Shown here piece after piece: positions 29,740-39,937 of a stretch of DNA of 64,000 bases. Every line of letters begins with the position of its first letter. Within the stretch, counting starts at the first letter, position 1. The position numbers were made by a program, and so were the translations under genes. Source of the stretch: an uncultured Spirochaetota bacterium (GTDB lineage Bacteria > Spirochaetota > Spirochaetia > SZUA-6 > Fen-1364). The DNA lies in NCBI GenBank assembly GCA_963745235.1, contig CAVUXE010000033.1:64536-128535 (forward strand), read 5' to 3'. The notes beneath the pieces are model-generated. The model worked only from the letters and a program-made list of their open reading frames with translations, did not search any database and was not told the DNA's origin.

Positions 29740-30768
29740 TCAGCCCTGGTCGTCGGCCGGCCCCGGCGGCGCGGCGGCAAGATCGCCCAGCTTCACCTTC
29801 TGCGCATCGAACCTCGCCGCGGCGGCCGCCATTGCATCCAGCGCATCTGCCGCCCCCATTGTGGCCCCGCGCTGGAACCGCACGGGATTGATCCGCGCCA
29901 CGACGAACGCTTTCAGGTACGGGCTCGTGAATCCCCGCTCCTTGAGGGCGGCCACCGCCTCCGCCACCGTGTCGTCCAGGGCAATGAGCTTCTCCGCAAG
30001 CTCACCCCGGACACGCAAAGCATCCGGCAGGGGTTCGTCCAGGAACACTTCCACGCGCTTGAGCACCGGATGGTAAGCGCCTCCGCTCAGGCGTCCACGC
30101 TTCTCGTAGGCCAATCCAAGCGTGAGGTACGCGGGCTCTTCGAACTCGAGCGCGAAGTCCTTCTCCGGGCGGCTGTCCAGCTCCGCCAGCGAACGTGCCA
30201 TGCGGATCACCTCCAGGGACTTCTCCCGAAGGTTGTGGCCCTTCTCCGTGTTCATGGCGAGGATCTGGTATGCAACGGAGAGCTCGGGGACAACCACGGC
30301 GAGGATGCAGCGTGCGCCCAGCGCCCGCATGGCCGCAAGCCGGTGATGGCCGTTGGGCGTCCAGAAAGTTCCTTCGGCCGTGCGCACCGCAATGATAGGG
30401 TCCAGGAAGCGCCCCATCCGCCCGATGACGTCCCCGAGCCTTTCGACGTGTGTCTTCGAGATGTCTCTCTGAAACGGTGTGGGCTCCACGCGTTGAATGG
30501 GAAGGCTCGCCAGGATGTGCCAATGCCCGCCCACGGGGTCCCGGTAGCATCCGACAACCCCGCCGCCGCTTTCCCAGATGCTCTGAGTCAGGGCGTTGAC
30601 ATCGGCGGGCGGCGTGTCACCGGTCACTTCGGGGGCGGTCAGCCCCTTGATGGATGCCGTCCCTTTCTTTCGCCGAGATCTGGCCGGCTTCCCCGTCTTT
30701 TCCGCCCTGGCCGCTTTCTTTGCCGGCTTCTTTTCCGTACTGTCCGAGTCGCCACGCCTGGCTAACAT
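29740..30768 (-). CDS. ParB/Srx-like N-terminal domain protein
   Basis: PTPFQRD, DPII, PNGHHR, MNTEK; SD gaaggagg. Confidence 0.82.
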   Translation of the reverse strand: MLARRGDSDSTEKKPAKKAARAEKTGKPARSRRKKGTASIKGLTAPEVTGDTPPADVNALTQSIWESGGGVVGCYRDPVGGHWHILASLPIQRVEPTPFQRDISKTHVERLGDVIGRMGRFLDPIIAVRTAEGTFWTPNGHHRLAAMRALGARCILAVVVPELSVAYQILAMNTEKGHNLREKSLEVIRMARSLAELDSRPEKDFALEFEEPAYLTLGLAYEKRGRLSGGAYHPVLKRVEVFLDEPLPDALRVRGELAEKLIALDDTVAEAVAALKERGFTSPYLKAFVVARINPVRFQRGATMGAADALDAMAAAAARFDAQKVKLGDLAAAPPGPADDQG

Positions 30769-30944
30769 GACGCCTCCTTCTCGAGACATCGTATCACGCA
30801 TGGCCTGCCGGCAGCGAGGGCCGTGCCGCGAGGGCTCGGCAGCCACGGCCGGAGAGCGGGAGCAGCGGGAGCCTGGCTTGCGCCGGAGAGAAACTCGCCG
30901 TACACTTGTGCCTCACCCGATATTCTGCGTTTCGGAGGCTGGCA

Positions 30945-32072
30945 GTGCCGGACGAGCATGAACCGTTGAACAAGGTCCGAGAGACCTTCAAGGTGCCCTG
31001 GTATCGATCTCCCATCGAGCCGGCGCGGCTGAAAGAGCTGACGAGTCGAAGCGATCTCCGGGGGGCGTTCCAGACTCTTGGTCACATTGTGCTGCTTGCA
31101 ATCAGCGGCGCGGCTACCTGGATCTTCTTCGACCATGGGATATGGGTCGGGTTTGCGGTGGCGCTTTTTGTCCATGGGACGATGTACTCCTTCCTTGCAG
31201 GCCTGGCCACCCACGAGCTTGCGCACGGGACCGTGTTCAAGACGAAATGGCTCAACAACATCTTCGTGAGGTTCCTCAGCCTCATTTCCTGGTTCAACTT
31301 CCTCGACTACAAGGTGAGCCATACCTATCATCATTTGTATACGCTTCATCCCCGGGGGGACCGGGAGGTGGTCCTGCCGAACAACCCGTCGCTGAATCCG
31401 CTCTTCCTCCTGCAGCTGCTCACCCTCAACGTGGTGGGCGCGAAGAGGGAGCCCTATTCGTATCCCATCGTTCAGACCGTTGCTTCGACGGTGAAGCTGG
31501 CCTTCACGGGAAGGTTCAGCAAGGAATGGCTGCGGGCCGTGTATGCTGACCAGGAGGAAGCCCACCGGAAGTCGGTCACCTGGGCGCGCCTGATCCTGCT
31601 TTTCCATGCCGCCGTTATTGCAGTTTCCGTCATCTTCAGGCTCTGGCCGCTGGCCCTGGTTGTCACCTGTGCGCCTTTCATTGCCAACTGGCTGAGATAC
31701 TTCGTGGGTGTCCCCATGCACACCGGGCTGAAGGACAACGTTGCAGACTTCAGATTGTGCGTCAGGACGATCACCCTGGACCCCGTCAGCCAGTTCCTGT
31801 ACTGGCGGATGAACTGGCATCTCGAGCACCACATGTTCGCGGCTGTGCCCTGCTACAACCTCAAGCGGCTCCACGGGGTCGTGGCCGCTGACATGCCGCG
31901 GCCGCGGACCCTGGTCGGCGCGTGGCGGGAGATGCGTCAAACATGGAAGCGGCAGCAGGTGGACCCGACCTACCAGTTTGAGACGCCTCTGCCGGGTCGC
32001 AAGGAGAAAGAGAAAACGCGGGATGCGCTGGAGTCCTCGCTGGGGGACCTGGCTCCCAAGGGGCTGGAGTAG
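30945..32072 (+). CDS. Membrane di-iron desaturase/oxygenase (MocD-like)
   Basis: HELAH, HTYHH, HLEHH. Confidence 0.87.
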   Translation: MPDEHEPLNKVRETFKVPWYRSPIEPARLKELTSRSDLRGAFQTLGHIVLLAISGAATWIFFDHGIWVGFAVALFVHGTMYSFLAGLATHELAHGTVFKTKWLNNIFVRFLSLISWFNFLDYKVSHTYHHLYTLHPRGDREVVLPNNPSLNPLFLLQLLTLNVVGAKREPYSYPIVQTVASTVKLAFTGRFSKEWLRAVYADQEEAHRKSVTWARLILLFHAAVIAVSVIFRLWPLALVVTCAPFIANWLRYFVGVPMHTGLKDNVADFRLCVRTITLDPVSQFLYWRMNWHLEHHMFAAVPCYNLKRLHGVVAADMPRPRTLVGAWREMRQTWKRQQVDPTYQFETPLPGRKEKEKTRDALESSLGDLAPKGLE

Positions 32073-32087
32073 CAGTATCCTTATGGT

Positions 32088-33137
32088 ATGTCGAGTGCAC
32101 GGTTTGCCACCCGGGACCAGCTTTCGCAGTCCGAGTGGGATAATCAGCGCAAGGACTGGAGGCGGCCGCCCGTGGATCGCGCGGTCCTCCGGGAGCTTTC
32201 CCAGCGCAGCACCGTGAACGGCCTCCTGAGGGTCGCATGGTTCCTGTTCCTGCTTGCCGTTCCCGCGGTCGCCGCGATCTTTGTCAGCCGCGTCAACATC
32301 TGGCTCACAATTCCGATTCTATACGTTTACTATTTCTTCTATGGCTTCTGGGTTGCCATTGCCCATGAGCTGCAGCACAAGACGGTGTTAGCGGAGTCCG
32401 CGGACTGGTTCAGCGAGATAGTATTTTTCCTCGTCCAGACGCTGATGTGGAACGGACCGAGCTACGCGCGCATCTCCCACCAGCTCCATCATCGCTACAC
32501 CATGGTGCGGGGCGTGGATCCGGAGACCGACTGGCCTGAGGTCATCACGACGGCCTGGCTGCGCGCGTTTCTCATCAAGCTGGTGCTGAAGATCCTGGTG
32601 GTGGGCGCGGTTGCAGACCTTTTCCTGTCCGTTCGGACCCAGGTGCTTCGCGTCGCCGGGGTGAAAAACCGCATGATGAGGGATCATTGCAGCGAAGAGC
32701 AAATCTCCGCCATCAGGAGGGAGTCCCTGGGCATCCTCATGATCCACGCGGCCGTTGCCGCCGCAGCCGTTGCGTTTCACGCCTGGATCCTGCTCGCCCT
32801 CGTCACGGTGGCGTGGCAGATCGGCTCTCCCATCGAGATCCTCTGGCACGCGACGAAGCACATCGGGCGCCCATACAATGTCAACGACCATCGCCTCAAC
32901 ACGAGGTCCATTCGCGTCAGCTGGTTCATCAAGACGTTCTTCTGGGGGCTGGACGATCATGTGGATCATCACCTGTACCCGATTGTTCCGTCCCGCAACC
33001 TTCCCAGGCTTCACCGCATCCTGGAAAAAGACCTGCCCGTCCCGGACAACATCTTCGGCTGCTGGGTGGAGATGTTCGAGATCTCCCGTCAGAAGGACCA
33101 GGATCCGAAGCAGGAGTTCGTGTCGTGGCGAGGCTGA
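32088..33137 (+). CDS. Membrane di-iron desaturase/oxygenase (MocD-like)
   Basis: HELQH, HQLHH, HVDHH. Confidence 0.87.
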   Translation: MSSARFATRDQLSQSEWDNQRKDWRRPPVDRAVLRELSQRSTVNGLLRVAWFLFLLAVPAVAAIFVSRVNIWLTIPILYVYYFFYGFWVAIAHELQHKTVLAESADWFSEIVFFLVQTLMWNGPSYARISHQLHHRYTMVRGVDPETDWPEVITTAWLRAFLIKLVLKILVVGAVADLFLSVRTQVLRVAGVKNRMMRDHCSEEQISAIRRESLGILMIHAAVAAAAVAFHAWILLALVTVAWQIGSPIEILWHATKHIGRPYNVNDHRLNTRSIRVSWFIKTFFWGLDDHVDHHLYPIVPSRNLPRLHRILEKDLPVPDNIFGCWVEMFEISRQKDQDPKQEFVSWRG

Positions 33138-33688
33138 TCTATTCCGCAATCACCTCGCTTGACGGCTACGTCGCTGACCAGGAGGGCAAGTTCGGCTGGG
33201 CCGCGCCGAGTGAAGAGGTGTTCGCCTTCGTGAACGACCTCCTGCGGCCCGTTGGCACGTTCCTCTTCGGGCGCCGCATGTACGACGTGATGGTGCCATG
33301 GGAAACGATGCAGGTTGCCGGCCAGCTGCCCGTGGTCGTGGATTTCGCAAAGATATGGCATGCGTCGGACAAGGTCGTGTTCTCTCGAGCTCTGAAGACG
33401 GCGCCGAGCGCCAGGACAAGGGTCGCGGGGGATTTCGATCCTGAAGCTGTCCGCCAGATGAAGGCCGCGGCGGGACGCGACCTCTCCGTGGGCGGTCCCG
33501 AGCTTGCCGCGCAGGCGCTCAAGGCCGGACTTGTGGACGAGGTCCACCTTTTCCTGACACCTGTCGTGGCAGGTGGCGGCACAGCGTCTTTTCCGGGGGG
33601 CCTCCGGTTGAAGCTCGAGCTGGTTGGCGAGCGCCGTTTCAGCGATGGCGTGGTATACCTGCACTATCGCACGGCGACATCCACGTGA
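33125..33688 (+). CDS. Dihydrofolate reductase/RibD C-terminal family protein
   Basis: SLDGY, LFGRRMY, VGG, LVDE. Confidence 0.88.
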   Translation: MARLIYSAITSLDGYVADQEGKFGWAAPSEEVFAFVNDLLRPVGTFLFGRRMYDVMVPWETMQVAGQLPVVVDFAKIWHASDKVVFSRALKTAPSARTRVAGDFDPEAVRQMKAAAGRDLSVGGPELAAQALKAGLVDEVHLFLTPVVAGGGTASFPGGLRLKLELVGERRFSDGVVYLHYRTATST

Positions 33689-33709
33689 ACACCCCAGGGT
33701 GCGGCGGCT

Positions 33710-34759
33710 CTATCGCCTCCGGGCCCTCCGCAGCGGCCAGAACTGGAACAGCTCCGCGAAAATGACCAGGAACGGAAACGTCACGGCGAGAAGGGCGGAG
33801 GCAAGCCAGATTTCGAAGACGTAGCCGGGAGGGCCCGGTTCCATGTGTCCCGAGACGATGGGGCCCAGGGCGCCGTATAACCGCGCGAGGCCGACGCCGA
33901 TGACAGCGGCGGTGGCGGCGTTGAGGACACCCTTCAGCGGCTGAGAAAACCGGGCAAAAAGAGATCCCTCCATCATGTTCATGACGATGATGGTGCCGAA
34001 CACGAACGGGATTGGCGCGCGCACCATGAAAGCGGGCGCATCCATCCCGAGCAGGCCTTCTCCAACGAAGACGGCAAGGCCGCCGATTCCCAGCATGATT
34101 GCCGTCCAAACGGCCCCCAGGAGCGGCTGCCGGGTCAGCGCCGGCCGTTTTGCGAGCGGCCACAATTCGAAGCACACCAGCAGGAACATCGCGCTGATGG
34201 CTGTCACGAAAAAGACCACCGCGTTCCAGGCGTTGAACAGCCCATGCGGGTCCTGCGCCGGCTGGTATGCGGGGGTGCCCTTCATGAACCCGTAATTGAA
34301 GAAAAGCCGGAACAGCAGGTAGTTCACCACGTAGCCCGCCACCAGCATGAGAAGCCCGGCCGCGGGGTTCTTCATGAGCCTGCTGAAGGGCCAGCCGCCC
34401 CAGACGATGGCGAACCAGAAGGCGACAACGACGGTCGTGATGATGCACATGGACATCATGGGGGTCGGCGGACTGACGCTTCCGCCCACTGCGACGAAGT
34501 GGACAAGCGCAACGGGAACGCCGGCAGCCAGCAGGAGAAGGACAAAGAGAAGACCACGCGCGGGCTGGGCGTGCCTGACCGCAAACGCCGGATGCTTTGC
34601 AGCCCATGTCACGCTGATGACGACCACCATGGGAATGAGGCAGATCATCAGGTATGCGACCCACGTCGTAAACGTCGGGAGCCGAAAGATCGAGATGAAC
34701 CCCAGCGAAACGAGGATCACGAGGACGGATGAAATGATTCCAAGGGTCGGCTGCTTCAT
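33710..34759 (-). CDS. Multi-pass membrane protein of unknown function
   Basis: About 10 hydrophobic helices; recurring WP motifs. Confidence 0.75.
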   Translation of the reverse strand: MKQPTLGIISSVLVILVSLGFISIFRLPTFTTWVAYLMICLIPMVVVISVTWAAKHPAFAVRHAQPARGLLFVLLLLAAGVPVALVHFVAVGGSVSPPTPMMSMCIITTVVVAFWFAIVWGGWPFSRLMKNPAAGLLMLVAGYVVNYLLFRLFFNYGFMKGTPAYQPAQDPHGLFNAWNAVVFFVTAISAMFLLVCFELWPLAKRPALTRQPLLGAVWTAIMLGIGGLAVFVGEGLLGMDAPAFMVRAPIPFVFGTIIVMNMMEGSLFARFSQPLKGVLNAATAAVIGVGLARLYGALGPIVSGHMEPGPPGYVFEIWLASALLAVTFPFLVIFAELFQFWPLRRARRR

Positions 34760-34838
34760 GAGGTCAAAGGGTAGCATACAGAGTCAAGCTCTTGCGTTCC
34801 GCCCCGCAAGGGACTATAACAGTGCCACGAAAAACTGC

Positions 34839-36136
34839 ATGACTGTCCTGGTTGCGGCCTTGCTGGGCCTGTCCGGATTGAGCTGCCAGGCGCCAGGCCA
34901 GACTCCGGGAACCTCATCGACAACCGCGCCAGCCGCCGCTGCGACCACGGAGGCCCCGGCTGCCGCCACCCCGAGCACGCCGCCCCCGGCCCCTGCGGCC
35001 CAGGCAGCCGCGTCGTCAGCCACGGCGCCGCAACAGGTGGCGACCCCGACATTCAGCCCTGTCGCCGGGACCTATTCAGCGGACCTGGCGGTGGCAATCA
35101 GCTGCGGCACAGCGGGCGCGGCCATTCATTACACCACCGACGGTTCCGCGCCAACCAGCTTGTCTGCCTTGTATTCGGCGCCGATTGCGGTAGCCGGGAA
35201 CGCAGCGAATGAGACCATCAAGGCGATAGCGAGCAGGGATGGAATGACAATCTCAACCGCGGGGACCGCCCAGTACATCATCAACTACGCGTGGCGGACA
35301 ATCGGCACACTCGGCAAGGGCGTACGGCAGCTGCAGTATCCCACGGGAGTCGCTCTGGACAGCAGGGGCCGGATCTACATCGTGGACCAGGGCAACAGCC
35401 GCATCATCCGCATGGCTGACATGAGCGGCTCGGAATGGACCGCGTTCGGCAGCTTCGGCAGCGGCTCGAACCAGTTCAAGCATCCGACGGGAGTTGCCCT
35501 GGATGCCAGGGGAAGGATCTACGTCGGTGATTCAGGCAACAACCGAGTCGTGCGTTTCAGCGGCATGCGCGGCCAGGAGTGGACTCCCTTCGGCAGCCTG
35601 GGCGGCGGCGCCAATCAGTTCGCCCATCCCACGGGAGTCCTGGTGGATTCCAGCGGGCATATCTATGTGGTGGACCAGGGCAACAGCCGCATCGTTCGCA
35701 TGGACGATATGACCGGCGGCGGGTGGACAACCTTCGGCAAACGGGGCAGCAGCACCGATCAGCTCAAAGACCCCTCAGGGGCGGCCCTCGACGCGAGCGG
35801 CCGCATCTACATAGCGGATTATGCCAATTCGCGGATCGTCCGCGTGGATGACATGGACGGCGCCAACTGGACCGCGCTCGGGAAGACCGGGGGGACGCCG
35901 GGCAGTTCGACTATCCTTCAGGAATTGCCGTTGATGCCTCGGGGCGCATTCTCGTCACGGACACGATGAACGACCGGGTCGTTCGAACGGACGACATGAA
36001 GGGCAGCAAGTGGACTGCGCTGGGCAATGCCCTCAACCAGCTCAGCCATCCCTGGGCGCTTCAGACGGACGCGGACGGGTTGGTCTACGTCGCGGACATG
36101 CTGAACGATCGGATCGTCCGGTTCACTCTGCCTTGA
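34839..36136 (+). CDS. Lipoprotein with Ig-like (chitobiase/FN3-associated) domain and NHL repeats (frameshift in G-run near 35892)
   Basis: Lipobox-like GLSC, Ala/Pro/Thr linker, IHYTTDGSAP, repeated PTGVALD.GRIY..D.GNSRI. Confidence 0.82.
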
Positions 36137-36191
36137 GGTGGTCCCCATCCTAATTCTCCTCCTCATCGGGTTCCTCCCAACGCTCCGCTAT

Positions 36192-36247
36192 ACAAGTGGA
36201 CACAAGTGGACAAGATTGTTGACTTGGTGCATGAAAGCATATATGAT
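36192..36247 (+). promoter_or_regulatory. Sigma70 promoter preceded by a 10-bp direct repeat
   Basis: ACAAGTGGAC x2 (36192-36211), then TTGACT-N17-TATGAT. Confidence 0.6.
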
Positions 36248-36469
36248 AATCGGGCTATGTAGCTGACACGATACAAGCGGCGTCTCACGTAAAGCGAGGC
36301 GACTCCGGTGTTGCACTCCTTGTCTTTCGCAAAACCTACACGACATAGACGTTTTCGCACTCCGGAAGCTTGCGGCCCACCTTGCAGGGTCCTGACGAGC
36401 TTTTTCGGACTGTCTGCAACAGCCTGATCAAAGGACGCGAAATATGAAATGGCGAAGGAAGGAAAACAA

Positions 36470-37339
36470 ATGAACAGGCGAATTGCTGTTGCGGCCGCTT
36501 TTGCGGTGCTCTCTGTGGCTTCCGCCTATGCACAGGTCACGGATTTTTTTGCCTTGGTGCAAACTGGAACGCCACAGCAAATACAAGCGGCGGTTGACCA
36601 AGGCGCAAACGCAAAGGCGCAGGACTCACAGGGACGGACCCCGTTGATGGTCGCCGCCCAGAACAACCAGGACCCTGAGGTAATCACCACGCTCCTGAAG
36701 GCAGGATCGGACATCAACGCTCGGGACGTGAACGGCTATACTGCGCTCACATATGCTGTTTGGCACAACTCAGGCCTTGGAGTAATTGACGCTTTTCTGA
36801 ACGCTGGCATCGATATCAACGGTGACGCTGGCTATGGCGTTAGCTATCTAATGGTTGCCGCGCAGCACAACCCCAACCCCGCAGTGATCGTGAGGCTTCT
36901 GAAAGCTGGCTCAAACGTCAACTTTCGAGAGCCTGACGCGGGGGTCACACCGCTCCTCGCGGCTGCATCTGATAATAAGAACGCGGCAGTAATTGACCTG
37001 CTCATAAAGGCTGGCGCAAACATCAATGCGCAGACCGTCAATAGCCAGACTGCGCTGATACTTGCCGCTGAATCCAACCCGAATCCTGAGGTAATCACTG
37101 CGCTCATAAATGCCGGTCTGAACGTCGAAACGAGGGACTCTCTGGGCCGAACTCCCCTCATGCGGGCTGCCGCAAAGAATCCGAACCCTGATGTGATCAT
37201 TGTACTCCTGAAAGTGGGCGCGGACGCGAAGGCGAAAGACAACGAGGGAAAGACGGCTTTTGACTACGCGAAAACAAACTACAGTCTTAGAGTAAGCGGG
37301 GCCGATGCCTATCGGCAGCTTCAAGATGCGTCACGGTGA
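36470..37339 (+). CDS. Secreted ankyrin-repeat protein
   Basis: Signal peptide (AYA-Q); repeats GxTPLMxAAxxNxNPxVIxxLxxAG. Confidence 0.92.
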   Translation: MNRRIAVAAAFAVLSVASAYAQVTDFFALVQTGTPQQIQAAVDQGANAKAQDSQGRTPLMVAAQNNQDPEVITTLLKAGSDINARDVNGYTALTYAVWHNSGLGVIDAFLNAGIDINGDAGYGVSYLMVAAQHNPNPAVIVRLLKAGSNVNFREPDAGVTPLLAAASDNKNAAVIDLLIKAGANINAQTVNSQTALILAAESNPNPEVITALINAGLNVETRDSLGRTPLMRAAAKNPNPDVIIVLLKVGADAKAKDNEGKTAFDYAKTNYSLRVSGADAYRQLQDASR

Positions 37340-37555
37340 ACGGACATGGAATTCCAATCGTGTCCTCCATCACCCTGTATCACGCCATGGGGTGGCTGGG
37401 GTGATGAGGAGGAGCCTATTCGCCGCAACCGCGATCTGTTCTGGGATGGTACGGGCACAGCAAGGACCACCCGCCCGATCTGAGGCAGATGGTAGTGCGG
37501 GCGGTGCTGGACGGTGCGTACAAACCAAACAGAGTTTGGCCATGGAGGGAGCGAC

Positions 37556-38119
37556 ATGAAAAAACGAATAGTCGTTGTAGTTCTTGCTGTTTTCTTGGCC
37601 GCTTCGGCGCATGCGCAAGCGATGAGCTTCGTTGGGCTTGTAAGAAATGGAACTCCGAAGGAAGTTCAGGCTGCCGTCAACAAGGGTGCGGACTTGAAAG
37701 GGCGTGACACGGGCTTCGGCTTGACACCGCTGATAGCGGCCGCTGCGTACAACAGCAATCCAGAGGTGGTCACCATACTCTTACGAGCCGGCGCGGAAAT
37801 AGAGGCTCGAGACCTGGTACACGGCGGAACCGCGCTGTTGTGGGCTGCTACATGGAACCGGAACCCCGATGTAGTGGTCACCCTTCTCAAGGCTGGGGCA
37901 GGCATCGATGTTCAGAACACGTTGGAAGGCAGGACGGCGTTGTTGTGGGCCGCACACGAGGGCGCAAACCCTACGGGCATGATTATGGTGCTATTGAAGG
38001 CAGGCGCTGACGCGAAGGTGAAGGATAAGGAAGGAATGATAGCCCTTGACTACGCCCAGAGCAACTATTTGCTGAAAGGCACTGAGGCCTTGAAGCAACT
38101 CGAAGAAGTGTCTCAGTAG
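37556..38119 (+). CDS. Secreted ankyrin-repeat protein
   Basis: Signal peptide (AHA-Q); ankyrin repeats; SD ggagg. Confidence 0.92.
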   Translation: MKKRIVVVVLAVFLAASAHAQAMSFVGLVRNGTPKEVQAAVNKGADLKGRDTGFGLTPLIAAAAYNSNPEVVTILLRAGAEIEARDLVHGGTALLWAATWNRNPDVVVTLLKAGAGIDVQNTLEGRTALLWAAHEGANPTGMIMVLLKAGADAKVKDKEGMIALDYAQSNYLLKGTEALKQLEEVSQ

Positions 38120-38246
38120 GAAGGGGGTGGAGGGGGAGGGCGTCAAATCGTTCTCTGTCGGCCGGGCACGAGGCGGGTGATGCTGCAAAAGGTCTAACTA
38201 TCGAGTTTGAGGACGCCCTCGTGACCGAATTTTCTTATATTAGACC

Positions 38247-39926
38247 ATGTCATCATCGCCCGTCCCCAGCGCTCTCAGCGCTTCTACGCAGACATTTCCG
38301 ACACTGACGGCCGCACAGATACGCCGCGCCCGCTCCTGCGGCACGGTGCGCAGTGTTGCTGCCGGCGAGATCCTTTTTCGGCCGGGGGACACCGAGGTGC
38401 CCTTTTTCGTGCTGCTGTCCGGCGGGATGGAGATCCTGCAGCCGGATCTCAGTGGAGAGCGCCTGATCACGAGGCATGGTCCCGGCGCGTTCACCGGAGA
38501 GGTGAGCATGATCTCAGGGCAGAGATGCCTTGTCCTGGGCCGTGTCACGGAGCCCGGGGAGTTCGTCCAGATCAGCCCTGACGGATTGCGAAGCCTTGTG
38601 GCGAAAGACGCGGAGCTCAGTGAGATAATCATGAGGGCGTTCATCCTGCGCCGCCTCGCCTTGATCACCAACCATCTTGGCAACGTGGTCCTGATGGGTT
38701 CCCGCCACTCCGCGGCAACGCTGCGGCTCTGCGAGTTCCTCATCCGCAACGGACATCCCTACACGTACATCGATCTGGATACCGACAAGGCGTCCCAGCA
38801 GCTCCTTGACCGGTTCGAGGTCACCGTGGAGGAAGTCCCGGTCGTCATCTGCGACGCCCATATCGTCCTGCGCAACCCTTCCAACCAGGAGCTGGCGGAC
38901 CGCCTCGGGCTCAACGTGAGCATCGATCGCGCACACCTGCGGGACCTGATCATTGTCGGTGCAGGCCCCTCCGGCCTGGCAGCCGCGGTCTACGCCGCAT
39001 CCGAAGGTCTGGACGCCTTGCTCATCGAGACTGAGGCGCCCGGGGGTCAGGCGGGTTCCAGCTCGAAAATCGAGAACTACCTGGGCTTCCCCACCGGGGT
39101 CTCCGGGCAGGAGCTGTCGACGCGCGCAATCCATCAGGCGCAGAAGTTCGGCGCCAAGATGATGGTTGCTCATACCGTTTCGAAACTGGAATGCCGGCGC
39201 AGCCCTTACAGGCTGGTCCTGGACGACGGGAGCGCGCTTTCCACCCGGGCCGTTGTTATTGCAACGGGCGCCCAGTACAACAGGCCCGCAATCGCGAATC
39301 TCAGGAGGTTCGAGGGCCAGGGTGTCTACTACGGCGCGACATTCATGGAGTCGCAGCTCTGTGAAGGCGAAGAGGTGGTCGTGGTGGGCGGGGGCAATTC
39401 GGCGGGACAAGCGGCCGTGTTCCTGTCCCAGTCAGTGAGAAGGGTTTACATGCTTGTGCGATCCGGAGGGCTGGCGGAAACGATGTCCCGCTACCTGATC
39501 CAGCGGATCACGGAAAACCCCGATATCGAGCTGCACTGCAACACGGAAATCTTCAGTCTCGATGGGAATGGCAGCCTGGAGCGCATCGCCTGGACGGATA
39601 AGTCCACGGGTGAAACCTCGACGCACGACATTCGGCACCTCTTCATCATGACGGGGGCTTCCCCGCGAACGGAGTGGCTGCGCGGGTGCATCGCCCTTGA
39701 CGACAAGGGCTTCATCCTCACGGGACGGGACCTGGACGGGTCCGCGGGGTCAGATCCGTCTCTCGCCTGGCCGCTTGGGCGCGCCCCCCAGATGCTGGAG
39801 ACAAGCTTGCCCGGAGTATTTGCGGTGGGCGATGTTCGATTCGGCAACGTGAAGCGCGTGGCTTCAGCGGTCGGGGAAGGGGCAATCTCGGTGCACCTGG
39901 TGCACCGCACGCTGGCGGAGCTTTAG
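38247..39926 (+). CDS. cNMP-binding domain + thioredoxin reductase-like FAD oxidoreductase
   Basis: FTGE cNMP motif, GAGPSG, IENYLGFP, GGGNSAG, AVGD, KRVASAVGEG. Confidence 0.9.
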   Translation: MSSSPVPSALSASTQTFPTLTAAQIRRARSCGTVRSVAAGEILFRPGDTEVPFFVLLSGGMEILQPDLSGERLITRHGPGAFTGEVSMISGQRCLVLGRVTEPGEFVQISPDGLRSLVAKDAELSEIIMRAFILRRLALITNHLGNVVLMGSRHSAATLRLCEFLIRNGHPYTYIDLDTDKASQQLLDRFEVTVEEVPVVICDAHIVLRNPSNQELADRLGLNVSIDRAHLRDLIIVGAGPSGLAAAVYAASEGLDALLIETEAPGGQAGSSSKIENYLGFPTGVSGQELSTRAIHQAQKFGAKMMVAHTVSKLECRRSPYRLVLDDGSALSTRAVVIATGAQYNRPAIANLRRFEGQGVYYGATFMESQLCEGEEVVVVGGGNSAGQAAVFLSQSVRRVYMLVRSGGLAETMSRYLIQRITENPDIELHCNTEIFSLDGNGSLERIAWTDKSTGETSTHDIRHLFIMTGASPRTEWLRGCIALDDKGFILTGRDLDGSAGSDPSLAWPLGRAPQMLETSLPGVFAVGDVRFGNVKRVASAVGEGAISVHLVHRTLAEL

Positions 39927-39937
39927 CCCGAGCCTGC

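Noticed and set aside
28732-30765. Long antisense or overlapping ORFs (also 3479-5266, 42934-44325 and the 53164 extension of the HNH ORF)
   Set aside because: Shadow frames of real genes in high-GC DNA with no recognisable motifs
35300-36130. Regularly spaced DNA repeats as a CRISPR array
   Set aside because: They are degenerate coding repeats of NHL blades, and no cas genes are present
36374-36446. Hammerhead-like core (stem, CTGACGA, stem, GAAA)
   Set aside because: No NUH cleavage triplet or stem III pairing at the required positions
37363-37510. Two hairpins between the ankyrin genes as a c-di-GMP riboswitch
   Set aside because: Lacks the conserved GGCAAA/GAAA/GCAAAG elements; generic hairpins only
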